A stretch of 64,000 bases of DNA, taken from Takakia lepidozioides (taxonomy: Eukaryota; Plantae; Bryophyta). The notes under the pieces were generated by a model. The model had not been told where the DNA came from. It saw only the letters and a list, made by a program, of their open reading frames with translations, and made no database searches. Shown here piece by piece: positions 25,079 to 36,929 of the stretch (positions are counted from its first letter, which is position 1; each line of letters begins with the position of its first letter). The position numbers and the translations under genes were made by a program. Location: positions 57,846,001 through 57,910,000 of the forward strand of contig CM060733.1 of NCBI GenBank assembly GCA_030704615.1. Reading direction: 5' to 3'.

Positions 25079-27140
25079 CCCTTCACACTCCACCCATTTC
25101 AGGAGCCCTTCCTACTTGAGATTGTTCCCTATGCAAATAGGTACATTATCATTGAGCTCTCTTCTTCCTGCTTGGTACTCATGGCAACCCCACCCTGGTT
25201 GTCCACGGAACGTGCAGGAGCGGCTACTATTTGGCTATGCAGAGGTCCACTCGGATTTTTTTTTATTATACGATGTGAGTTCAATTTTGCTGGCAAATAG
25301 ACTGACTCGAAAGAGACTGACTTGTAAGACGACAACTTTATTCTTGTGTGCAATCATTTCATTGACTACTAGTGGCTGAAATGAGAGGTGGTGGGAGTTG
25401 TTGACGATTATTCAAAACAGTGATAGTAAGAAAGCCTTCAGATTATTGGTACTTATTTACTACACATCACAATTCAGAATACTTGCACTCCAATTTCATG
25501 GTGGCACTTCAGAGGTGTCTGGCACATGGCAGGGTTGATATGTTGATGTGCTTTGGAAGATGTGGTTTGGAATTTCCACTCATGGAGTTCCCTTCCAAGT
25601 TCCCTTCCTTACTGTTGCAGATTTGATCGATGCAGTCGAGAGGGAGACTGACTAGAGGGATAATCAATGAAAATGCACCACAAATTCGTCCATGCACAAA
25701 TTAAGAATGAACATAGAGTGAAAGTTCCAACATGCCAAAGTTTAGGGTCACTACTCATGCAAGAAAGGCCGAGTCTTTGTGCCTTTCCTGCACATAATGA
25801 AGGTGGTCTAGGCTTACAAAGTGCACACTGCACACCTTGGAAGGCAATACTTCTTGGGACAGAACAGAGAAAGAGGGGGATAGTGCTGGCCATTCATAGG
25901 CCACAGGAGACCTAACTAACAGCAATTTCGCCTTGCTACCAATGCCCCCTTCCAAGCACTATAGTGTAGATAAGCCCATGAACATTAAACTTTTTGAGAG
26001 TAAAAACCAGATAACAGATGAAGAGGGTTAAGAGACATGGAGGGAACATTTAATGATGGAGGGCAGACTCTACTTGATTTCACAAAGTTATATTGCTTTA
26101 AAGTTGAACCAATCAGAACCTTATGATCATCACGCCTTTTGAGAGGTTTTATCAAATAATCCTCGGCCAAGTGGCAGACATGAGGAGTCTGGGGATAGCG
26201 CTGGCCATTCATAGGCCCCTGACTGAAGCATTTATGGGGTGCACGGTCCTGTACACACACACAGGCCCTTCGGTACCCTATTTTACACTTCCCCAGGGAG
26301 GAGTCCTTCTCCCAAGTTTCTTCTTCACTAGTCCCAACAATCAATTTAGGGAATTTGAACTTCCAGAATTTAAAAAATATCCTAATTATCCCAAATAAAG
26401 TTTTGCAGGGCCGGCACCGCTCCCATTCCAAACAAAGGAAAAAAATACACACATTAGCAATCTTTGATCTTTAATTTTTTCACAAATCATGTTCCAATTC
26501 ATAATTTTGTACTTGAAAATAATTACCACCAGTCAGTAGCTCAAATTGGATAATGCACTGTGTCACTTAGGATAGAAGCACTCTTCATGGCGCAGGAAAA
26601 TGGGTAAATGTAATAACTTTTTGTGCTTTTAACCTATGAGATCATGTAATACCTTAACAGAAAGCTCTTAAGATAATACAACTTTTCTTAGTTGAAAGTT
26701 AAACGAGATTCTGACTTTATCTGCTATTAAAAGTGGATAGAAGTAGAGGATGTCAATGTCAGCCTATGGCGCACCTTGTTCCTATCATGACTCATTCATG
26801 TCTCATTAATATCTTTCCTACCTGAGATGGTAACCAAAAAACAAAAACAAAATACCATTGGAAAGCACTTAATGTGGCCCATCTTTTTGTAGTTGGAGCA
26901 ATTTTCATTAGAGGACATCTACCTATAGCAATTTAAGGATAAAATAGGTGGGCTCATCATGGCGCACAAGATATATTGCTCGTTTGGTACCTTGAACCAT
27001 TTTAACCATTTTAGGAAATAAAGATACCATTGGAAAGCTCTTGATGAGTTTTGTAGTTGGAACAATTTTCAGTAAAGTTCATCTATCTAGGGTAATTTGA
27101 GTGTAAAGTGATTTCATGAATGGTGTATTGTAGTTCATTC

Positions 27141-28224
27141 GAGTGTTGGGCGGGTATATGAATTACCCTGATATACCCGCCGGGTATATCAGGGTATATT
27201 GATATATATATACCTTGGTGTGGCAAGTTTAGGTACCCGGATGTATACCCTTATATCAGGGTATATTTTTATGATATACCCTTATCCTTATATTTACCCT
27301 GCATCAAGACCCTCAATATACCCTACTTTCCTGAAGGGTATATGTTAAAATGAAGGGTATATCTAATCAGGGTATAAAAGGGCCTTTATGTGCCTTCATA
27401 GCCTTTATGTGCTAGGTCTTTTCTCTTTTTGTTGTGTTGTTAGGGAGCCTTGAGCTATAAGAAAGCTCCAATCACAGTAAAACAAATGTTACATATATAT
27501 CATTCCTTAAATGTCATATAACCCAAACAATACCTCTCTAGATCTCGCATATATATATACATAAAAGGAAACCTGACATCCCACAATTTAGGTCCTTGAG
27601 GGGTTTTTATTTATTTATTTATTTAAGGAAATATGGGAGTGACAGCCCACAATTCAGGCCCTTGAGGAGGGGGAAAGATTAACCCCCTTTCATTTATGGG
27701 CCATGAGACCTACGGGACAATCAACGCCCAGACATACCGTCACACGAACAATCCCACACACAGGGCAGGGCAGTGGGTTCGAACCCCGAACCACCTGAGT
27801 GACACACATTGTGCACTTACCAGCTGAGCTACCAGCCAATGTGCTTTTTTTTAAATCTCAAACCTCCTCCATCTTGCATTGGAAATTAACACCAAAATAT
27901 TATGCAATATCTTATCAATTTTCTCTTTTACCATAGATTGTATTTTTTGTGTTTTGTACATATTGAAGAACATCATATATTCTTTAAAACCATTAAATAT
28001 ATTAATGGAAATAACTATCCATACCCGGAAACTAGGGTATATTTTGGCATATATATCCATACCCGGGGGTTATATAGAAATCTGAAAAGTTAATTTACCC
28101 ATGCCCGGAGGGTAAATAATTTTTTGAGATTTCAATTTATCCATACCCGGAGGGTAAATGATTTGAAAAATAACTTACTTATACCCTAAGGGTATATTGA
28201 AATCAATAGACCCGCACAACACTG
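27141..28224. mobile_element. hAT-type non-autonomous element (1084 bp) containing a SINE
   Basis: Ends (G)AGTGTTGGGCGGGT and ACCCGCACAACACTG; 8-bp TSD GTTCATTC (27133-27140 and 28225-28232); many TACCC/GGGTA subterminal repeats. Confidence 0.9.
27624..27840 (-). mobile_element. tRNA-derived SINE, copy 1
   Basis: Minus strand has an A-box TAGCTCAGCTGG and a B-box GGTTCGAACCC. The body and tail (GGGAGTGAC..CCCTTGA..GGGGAAA..TTAACCCCCTTT) are shared with 32232-32434. Adjacent (TTTA)n tract. Confidence 0.75.
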
Positions 28225-28853
28225 GTTCATTCCTCTTTGGGTAACCACCTGACACATTCCAAAACTGGGCATACTTTCTTGCACCATGGGCGCACTTTGA
28301 GCACCACTATGGGGAACATGCGCCACGAACGGTGCTTCTACCCTACGTGATTTGGATGCAGTATTGTTGGCTCTGGTGACCTTTGGGTTTGGGGTTCAGT
28401 CTTCTGTTTGCCTCCATGACTTATATGGTATGGAGTTTAATCGTCCCCTCCTTTGTAAGAGGTTCCCTCAAAAAATAATGATGATAACTTATCATAGAAA
28501 AAATTCAAAATTTTTATTTTTAAATGGTAATTTGTGGGTTCTCAAGCCTGGGTTGTATTTTCTATGATTTAATTGGTGTACAATTAGTACCCTACAACAG
28601 AAAAAGTTGTGATTTTATTTCAATGGATGAAAATTGGAACCCTATACCATAATACTCTAGCTATCACCATGTATGTATTAACTCGAGTATGGATCTAACT
28701 ACTTGTCAGCTATCAGCCTGATCAATAGCTCCATGCAATGCTCGAGGTTGGCCTGAGTACGAGGAAAGTTGATAGTTGATACCAGCTCTATAAGTGGGTG
28801 ACATCCAACATTCACATGTAGCTTTGAACACTACCAGTTGTAAGGCGGCTTTC

Positions 28854-30763
28854 TATGGAATACCAAATGCTCGACAATTTTACTATCATTTACGACCCTC
28901 GACAAATCATCTACGACCCTCAACAAATCATCTACAACCATCGACAAATCATCTAGGACCCTCGACAAATCAACCACTAGTGGTTGTAGATGATTTGTCC
29001 AGGGTTGATTTTGTGGGCAAATGGTATGCGTTGGAATACCATATGCCCATGTCTTCATCCCACTTGTTCAGCAAATATTCTCTAATAGATTCTTAGATCC
29101 TTCAAATTTATGCTTAGATGCTTTCATCTTTGATTTGTCGAGCATTTGGTACACGAAGGAATACCGTATGACCACGTCCCTCAACAAATCAACTTAGTTG
29201 TTCACACCACTTGTTGACAACATGGGCGTCAACAGCGTAGGTGGCGCCACTAAGGCGCGTCGCCAACAAGGTTTGTGGCGCCAGGTTGTTGGCACAACTT
29301 AGTTCAGATTGGCACAACCTAATTTCTGATAAATACATATATATACGTATACATATACATAGAGGGTTTAGGGTCATTTGCATAATTCAAATATGATGAG
29401 ACCTTGTCTTTAAGAATGTTGGACTATAACGTAATAATTTGATGATATTGAAAGAACAACTAGATCTAATATGTGGACGTATAATCTATAGTGTTCTAGT
29501 TTATTCGTATTACTTAGAATTTTTATATTATGAGATATGCAATAAAATATTGTAAATTAAAAAATCACAAAGGGGTAGAGATTGAATTAAAATATATCCT
29601 ATAACAGCCCTTATTAAATGCATATGAAATATCACAATTCAATGTTCACTCTTACATGTGTTTTCTATTATTATATTGGTCATTTATATGTACAGAGTCT
29701 AATAAGTAGAATATTTTCATTGTCCTGCAATAAGTTATTTTTAATTAAAAATACAAGGATGTGTGAGACCGGATTATAAAAAAATAACAAATTTATTTTA
29801 AAATGCAGATAAGATTTCATAATTTAATATTCACTCGTACACGCACTTGCTATTATTATATAGATCATTTATGTGTATCCCATGAATTCAAGAAGATTAT
29901 GAGTAACCTATGCATAAGATGGATGCATAGGAATTGTGATAAAGAACAATTGGATCTAATAACATGTGTGCACGTATACTCTATAGTTTTCTAGTTTGTT
30001 CGTAATACTTGGAATTTTTGTATTGACAGATATGCAATGAAATATTCTTAACTAAACAAAATTACAAATATGCGACAGATCCAATTAAAATCTATTCTAT
30101 AACAGCCTTCTTAAAAATATCACAATACCCCGTTCATTCTTATTTTTTTTTAAATAAAATTATTTTAAAATACAGATAAAATTTCATAATTTAATATTCA
30201 CTCGTACATGCACTAGCTATTATTATATAGATCATTTATGTGTATCCCATGAATTCAAGAAGATTATGAGTAACCTATGCATACGATGGATGCATAGGAA
30301 TTGTGATAAAGAACATTTGGATCTAATAACATGTGTGGACGTATATTCTATAGTTTTCTAGTTTGTTCATAATACTTGGAATTTTTGTATTGACAGATAT
30401 GCAATGAAATATTTTGTATTAAAAATATGTGACAGATCGAATTAAAATCTATCCTATAACAGCCTTTTTAAATGCATATAAAATATCACAATTCCTTGTT
30501 CATTCTTACATGTACCTTTTATTCTTATATTGATCATTTATGTGTACAAAAAATTTCATTGTCGTACAATAAGTTGTTTTAAATAAAAAAATCACATGGA
30601 TTTGGGAGATCAAATTGAAAAAATGAATAACAAATATCATTTTAATATGCAGATTAGATTTTATAATTCAATATTCAATCTAACATGCACCTCCTATTAT
30701 TATATAGATCATTTATGTGTATCGCATGAACTAAGTGACCTATATAACTGAGTGTTCTGAGTG
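28854..30763 (+). repeat. Left long TIR: short CGACAAATCATCTAC repeats, a GC-rich GGCGCC block, (TA)n with TTTAGGG, and an AT-rich ~350-bp tandem array
   Basis: Direct alignment by eye with the right arm. Repeated units near 29470, 29800, 30170 and 30645. Confidence 0.9.
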
Positions 30764-30828
30764 TTCTGAGTGACCTATACATAGGCTGCACGATTTAGAG
30801 ATGATGTATAGATATATAGTCAATGCAT

Positions 30829-31440
30829 TTATGTACCTAAATACTTATAAATGTTTGAAATATTAACGGGGAGGCCCTGGACTATGAGGATGTCCGGGCA
30901 TAGTTTAGCGGGGCATGTGCAGGACCCGCAAGGTTGACAGATACATGGAAGGAGCCAAATACGTACTGTATGGTCCAGAGACCGACCCTGGTAGGTGCCA
31001 ACGTTGATGAGTGTAAACCATTTGGTTGCACTACATTGTAAGAGAAGTTTGTGGATGTGCCATACGGCGTGATTATGACGAGCGATTCGCAACCCGTGGA
31101 TGACAAGGTGTGGACATTCGCTGAGAATACGAGGCCAGGTATCACGTTTAGCATGAAGGTATGAGCAGAGTGGGCAGTGTGGGGATGGGAATAGGGTTGG
31201 CCAGAAGGTGTGTTTGCATTGATGGCCAATATATTGGGCGTATCTAAATTTGAGTGTTTGCCTTATTTGTGCATCTAAGGCGGCTTTGGAGTTCCAGAAG
31301 TGGTTTGATAATTTATGGTGCAGGACATTTGAAGGGGTCCATTTTTGGGTATGAAGCTTGGTATGGCTGAGAGAGGTTGAGGCTTGTTTTTTGGCTTCTT
31401 TAGTTGTGGTTTTAAGGGATTGGATGAGGTGATAGAGGGT
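30829..31440 (-). mobile_element. Remnant of a restriction-like-endonuclease (RLE) non-LTR retrotransposon, Dualen/R2-type C-terminus
   Basis: One open minus frame reads SNHFWN..LKFRYAQYIG..CPLCSYLHAKRDTWPRILSECPHL..LRIARHNHAV..LCPDILIVQG, i.e. a zinc knuckle, RHN motif and PD motif. Confidence 0.7.
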
Positions 31441-32231
31441 CAGGTACTGGGTAGATCATCCCAAAATGGTGTGCATGACCGACGTGAATGGGGTCGACCA
31501 GTGGTTCAACTGAGGCCCCCAGCTGGGCTAAGAGGGGCACTCGTGTATCAACATGTCATCTATCTCTCTTACCTTTGGGCTTGGGCTCTACCCCTATAAT
31601 GCCTCCAAGGCGAAGAAAGGGGTTTTTTTTTCCCACCTCAAGGGCCAATTGCTTGGGCTGGTGTTTGTTTTGAAACTAAAAAGAAAACCAATAAGAAAAA
31701 AAATGATTGACCTACAAAATCATATTGAAATTGGCACATATGTCAAATTACTAAGTGATAAAAATGTGCCAATATGGCCATGTACCTACATCAAATATGA
31801 TACCACTGTAAGAGTATCAACGTATAAGAGTTTGATATGTTAAACATCTATCAAAACAGACATCCCAACTTCGACATGATACCTTTATAAGAGTATCGAC
31901 AAAATATTATTTTCAATAATTCTCAAGATGGATGGTTGTTATCATTTCATCCAAACCCTTCAAAAACTTCACAGATTTGTGTTCCTAATAATAAATATAT
32001 ATCATGTTCCACATTGAACGACAAAGATTTTTGGGATTTAAAGATTTTTTGTATTGGGCAGCAGTTGTTTTTTTGGGTGGAGGTTAGGTAACAAGATCAT
32101 GTCCAGTTGAAACCATTTTGCATCTGTCTCAGCTTTTGAATCGACTTTTCTGTTAGGGGCCAATGGTTTTTTCAGCTTTGGGCCCATGTCACCCATCTAA
32201 CTTAGGGTAATGTTTTTCTTAGATTATATTT

Positions 32232-32434
32232 AAAGGAAACCTGGGAGTGACTGCTTACATTTCAGACCCTTGAAAAGGGGAAAAATTAACCCCCTTTAAG
32301 ATAAGGCATTGGGCACACTAGGGGGAAACGTCACCCCCAGACCAACCGGTCAGGACCCGCAGGACCAAAGTGGTATGATTTGAACCTTGCAATGGTGACA
32401 CACAGTGCACTTATCCAACCGAGCTACCAACCCT
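32232..32434 (-). mobile_element. tRNA-derived SINE, diverged copy 2
   Basis: Minus strand head GGTAGCTCGGTTGG...GGTTCAAATC; tail homologous to 27624-27690. Confidence 0.7.
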
Positions 32435-32935
32435 AGGTGGGTAACTTATGTGGCTTGTTTTTCTTTTCAAATAAAATACAATGTATGGGATAGACCAAAA
32501 TATGTTGCTGAGGGAAAAATAACCTCACATGACAAGCCATAGAGGCTCAGAAAGGGGACACTGCCTTGGAAAAAATCTAAAAAAAGATCCATCAAAAGAG
32601 AGAGAAATTGTGGCTCGTTTTGATACAACAACTAGAGTGCGCATTATGGCTCATCCGGGGTTTTAATTTTTTTCCCCACAATAACTTATAATAAAGTTCT
32701 CAAGGGCCACTAACCCTAAATAAATAAATAAATAAATATAACTAGATTTGGATTATGAATGTTGTTTACATTATTTCTCTTTTATCTTTGTTTTTCATTG
32801 GTTTAGATTTCAAATTGTTTGGATTTTCATTTGTAATGTTTTCATGAAAAAAATATTGTTGTTTTTTTTAATGCATATTTGTTCCGGCGTTCATAATTAT
32901 TTTTGTCTTTATTTAAAGCATATCTTGCAATTTAA

Positions 32936-35900
32936 CCCTTAAACGCCCAGTACTTATTTTTTACTTTTTCCAAAAACCTGACCCCTGGTGCTAAAAACAG
33001 GTGTAATTTTCGAAAATTTTGGAATTTGAAAATTTTGACCGCACACCAGAAGCGTACCTACCTGCTGCAGGTACATGCCAATTTTGAGGGAAATCAGATG
33101 AAAATCCAGAAAATGCCACCGTTGAGACTGGGGCCCTTTTTTGGGACCCACATACCAAAATTGTAAATTAGAATGAGTAATTTGCAGAAATGGGTGACGG
33201 GATGATTTCCAAATGAGTTGATTCTGCTCCCCATTCATCCTGGTGGGATCTCACATCCATTGCAGAAAACAAAATGCAATTTGGACAAAAAATGGGCTGC
33301 TGACATTTGTTCAAAGCAGAGTGGGTCAAAATTGAGGATTCAGTGTTCTTTGGAAAAATGCCAGTGCTACCTGTACCCTAGAGTGTTTGCTGCAGCAAGC
33401 GCTTTGCAAAGCAAGATATCCCACCACCCCACTCCTACCCTCCTCACACCAAGGAACAATGTGTGAGTAGGGTTTGAACCCACTAAGCTGCCCCAACTAG
33501 CAGCTCACACATGAACACAAGGGGGAGGATCCCCCCCTTGTGTGCACCCCCACTTGGCAAGGGGACTAACCACTAAAGCAATCTACCACCTCTTCGCAGC
33601 CATGAACTCACAATGCCATGAATTCTAGCCATGAATTCCAACTGACATTGTCTCAAACCAGGCTCTGATGTTTCACAAAGCAGGTCCCCAAACAGATGCT
33701 AACATCTCCACACAAGGCACAAAAAAACCTTTGTCGGGCACCACACTCGACACACTTCCTTCTCCTAGCACTTTTTTGGGAGAAGTGAAGTGCTCCCGGG
33801 TTTGGAACAGAAGCCCCTTCCAAGACAGTTCTCATGGGAGCAACCCACCCGACAATCAACCCATTGGCCACTTGAATGTTGAAGAGCATATGAGACCGCG
33901 GCTTCCTGTCCTTCTCTTTCATCCAAGCCAGATACAACAAATAAGAATTCACCAGCGATGTGTCAATGCTATGAAAGAACAAGCGGTGCCACCACTTGTG
34001 ATCACGCGTTTGCACACTGTAGTAGCCCCTCAATTGATCCTGCACAACAACCCCCCTCATGTGTTCTTGATAGTGCTTCACAATGGGGGAAGTAGGGACC
34101 ATGCGGCGAACACCGTTGTGCCACCGCTCAATGAAGCAATCTGCCCCCACAGGGCTACAAGCAGTGCTCAACAATGTGACTGGCTTGTTGTCAAACCAAG
34201 ACAGTGCCACCAATTTGTTAGATCTATGCATGCGGTACTGCATAGTGCCTCTCTCTCCTCTCTTTCCAAAATCAAGACATGAAGGGAATCCCACCCGAGT
34301 TGTCTTCACAATACTAGTAGCATAGATATTCTGGACAGCCAAGTCAAAGAAAAGAATAGGACTAGTAAAGAAATTATCCATGGTCACTATGTGCCCTTTC
34401 CCCTCAAAACCAGCCAGCAGTCTGGTTACAACAAAATATCCCTGCCCGTGTGTCAAATCAATTGCATCATCACGGCCAAGGTACACCTCCATCTTGTGAA
34501 CATATCGGCTTTTGGCACCAGCCAAGCACCACCACTTTATACCCCATTTTCACTGGTTTTTTGCTCATATACTGCTGCAGGTTAGAGTACTTACCTTTGT
34601 ACTTCACCATCATCTCATCCACACACAGGTTTTGATCGGGTTGCCAGTAGCGAGCATACAAGTCATTTTGCTGGTCTAACAACCAACGGGTCTTTGCGAT
34701 TTTATCATAAGCAGGGGCTGATTTATCCACCTCCACTAACCGGTTGTCCACTAGGTGCAAACACCTCAAAATTGCTTCCCATCTATTGCGACTCATGATG
34801 CGCATAACGGAAGGACACTTGAAGAACTCATTGTTACCTTTCCAGTAACATCTTGTGTTGGGCAATCTCTTGATTCCCATGAGAATATGAACTCCCAACC
34901 ACGCCTTCAATTCCACAACACTCACAGGATACCACCACTCTCCCCCCTTCATTTTCCCCCTTCTATATAAGGTATGGGCATACAGGTTTGTCATTCTGCA
35001 GATTTTCCGCATCACAGGTGCCGGCCAGAACAAATTGAAAAAATCTACAGGGAGAGCACTATCATCCAAAGGCACCTTATGACCCGTCTCCCCCCCACTC
35101 CACGTTACCTGAGGCAGCTCTGTGCACTGTGAATTCCACATGTCATCTACGAATTTATCTTTCGGTGGCCATTCACGCCAAGATTCAGCCAAATCATAAA
35201 GCCCAAGCTCATGGGCCGCATTTCCAGTGTCCACACACTAATCCCACAAGTCTGGATCCTGACCAGCATCTGGATTACCTCTCTCTTCCTCTACCGGATC
35301 ATAGTCAGAGTCCGAGTCACATTCTGTCTCAGATTCAGACCCTACCGTGTTCTCAACAACATCATCCAAACCAAGCATGGCACTTACTGTAACTGGCATA
35401 GGCTCGTCAAGGTCCACAGGAAGGCAAACATGAGAGGGCACAGTATGCACCCCAAGCCCAGCAAAGAAGGAGACAACATATGTATCAGACGCACTCACAA
35501 TGTCCCACGACTTGTCCACGACAGTACCATAACCAAATTCTTGGACGTTGGAAGAAGAAGCCATGTTAGGCAGGTACAAATGGTTCATTGCAACCTTTAC
35601 AGTGGATCCCAGCACCCCTAGATCTTCCCAAGATTGGCTATGACCTGCAACTTCTCTAGCAACTTGAGAACTACGCAGAGAATATGCAAGACCCGAATCA
35701 AAACCAGAAATTGAACTCGCAATGTCATCAAGTCTCACATGCCCATAATCGTTCTTACCTCTGGATCTTGCTACTGCCTTCAGCCTCATCGTTGGTGGCA
35801 GATGAGGATCCATCAAAATCAGGCCACACAGATAGCCTCAAACACTCATTTACCTCAGGAGAAAAGCCATGTGGATCACCTTCCTCTTTACGATCAACCC

Positions 35901-36760
35901 ACCCGAGAATCTCCGCAGCCTGACGACGAAATAGGTACCGAAAATTGGCTGGTTTTGGAAATGCGGGCCACTTCACCCGCTTGGGCCTCTTCAAGCACAT
36001 AAGATAATCCTCATTCAAACACCCAATCAATTGGGCGACTTGCTCTGGAGAGGCGCCCAAAGCGCGAGCCCAATTGCCAATAACAAGAGACTCTTCTAGC
36101 AAATGCGCAGGAGCTGCTGGAGGCATGTCTGCAGAACCCATGTTTCCTCTCCTATATAGTCACCAGTAACGGGCCTTCTTTCTCCTTCAATGACAATAGG
36201 GAATCTTGGCAACTTGTCTCCCTAAGTTCCTCTGCCTGCAAGCCTACAGGAATGAAGCAAAACCTTCAATGCAAGAAGAAGCTCGCATCTACAACATACA
36301 TGAAGAAACAAAGCTTGATGACAGGCAATAGAAGAGGGGTGTCATACCAGCCGCAATGAGCCAACAACGCCTTGAATGCTAAGAGCTTCCTAATGCAGCG
36401 ACAGCGGGAGCTTCAGTTATAGAAGGAGACAAGAGCAAGGAAACGCAACGGCAACCTGCAAGGAATCCAAACGGCCACCTACAAGCACCCTCCAACTCGC
36501 GCGAGGAACTCAGAAAGCGCGGGACCCAGAGCACAGTGTTTGGGAGAGAGAAGCAAAATGGCGGGAGCTGACCCCCCGCCACTCTCGCAGCAATTCCGGA
36601 ACCCTAACCTTGATCAGGGAAAATCGCCCAACGGTTCAGATTAGCCCAGGTGGTTGGGCATAACATATCCAAAACTCAAAAAAAATGGCTAAGATCCTGT
36701 GAAGTCATTGCAAATTTCCTGATTTCAAAGGCCCAAAACGGGCTACTGGGCGTTTAAGGG
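32936..36760 (-). mobile_element. piggyBac DNA transposon (3825 bp), full length but inactivated
   Basis: TTAA TSD at 32932-32935 and 36761-36764; perfect 17-bp TIRs CCCTTAAACGCCCAGTA / TACTGGGCGTTTAAGGG; encodes a piggyBac transposase. Confidence 0.96.
33653..35816 (-). pseudogene. piggyBac (DDE_Tnp_1_7) transposase, disrupted
   Basis: Motifs PVDFFNLFW, TNLYA, ELKAWLG, MSRNRWEAILRCLH, CVDEMMV, KPVKMGYK, MDNFFTS, WFDNKPV and KWWHRLFF, plus a C-terminal Cys-rich CVEC..CALC..C..C. Lesions: premature stop near 35238, +1 frameshift near 34530, and third catalytic Asp changed to Val (MRGVVVQDQ). Confidence 0.92.
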
Positions 36761-36929
36761 TTAAAGTGTTGCACATGCCCAGATTTTCGAGGTTTACTGT
36801 GGACATTAACATTTTGATATAATTCAGGATAACGACCATATATCCGAAGATACATTCTTGAAAAAACATTGTGCAGAGATTACTTCCAGCTGATTAAACT
36901 CATACAACATAGTCTTGCAGGGCCTGAAA

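Larger units (their letters stand above)
26563..28350. mobile_element. Older non-autonomous TIR element with degenerate ~32-bp TIRs, hosting a nested hAT MITE
   Basis: TCACTTAGGATAGAAGCACTCTTCATGGCGCA (26563-26594) is an imperfect inverse of TGCGCCACGAACGGTGCTTCTACCCTACGTGA (28319-28350). Internal repeated CCATTGGAAAGC(A/T)CTT...TTGTAGTTGGA motifs. No clean TSD. Confidence 0.55.

Noticed and set aside
25876-26218. 27-bp direct repeat GGGGATAG(T/C)GCTGGCCATTCATAGGCC
   Set aside because: Likely fragments of a dispersed repeat; no element structure could be established.
28890-29000. CRISPR-like short repeats (also 59900-60440)
   Set aside because: These are tandem degenerate repeats without unique spacers, in a eukaryotic context with no cas genes.
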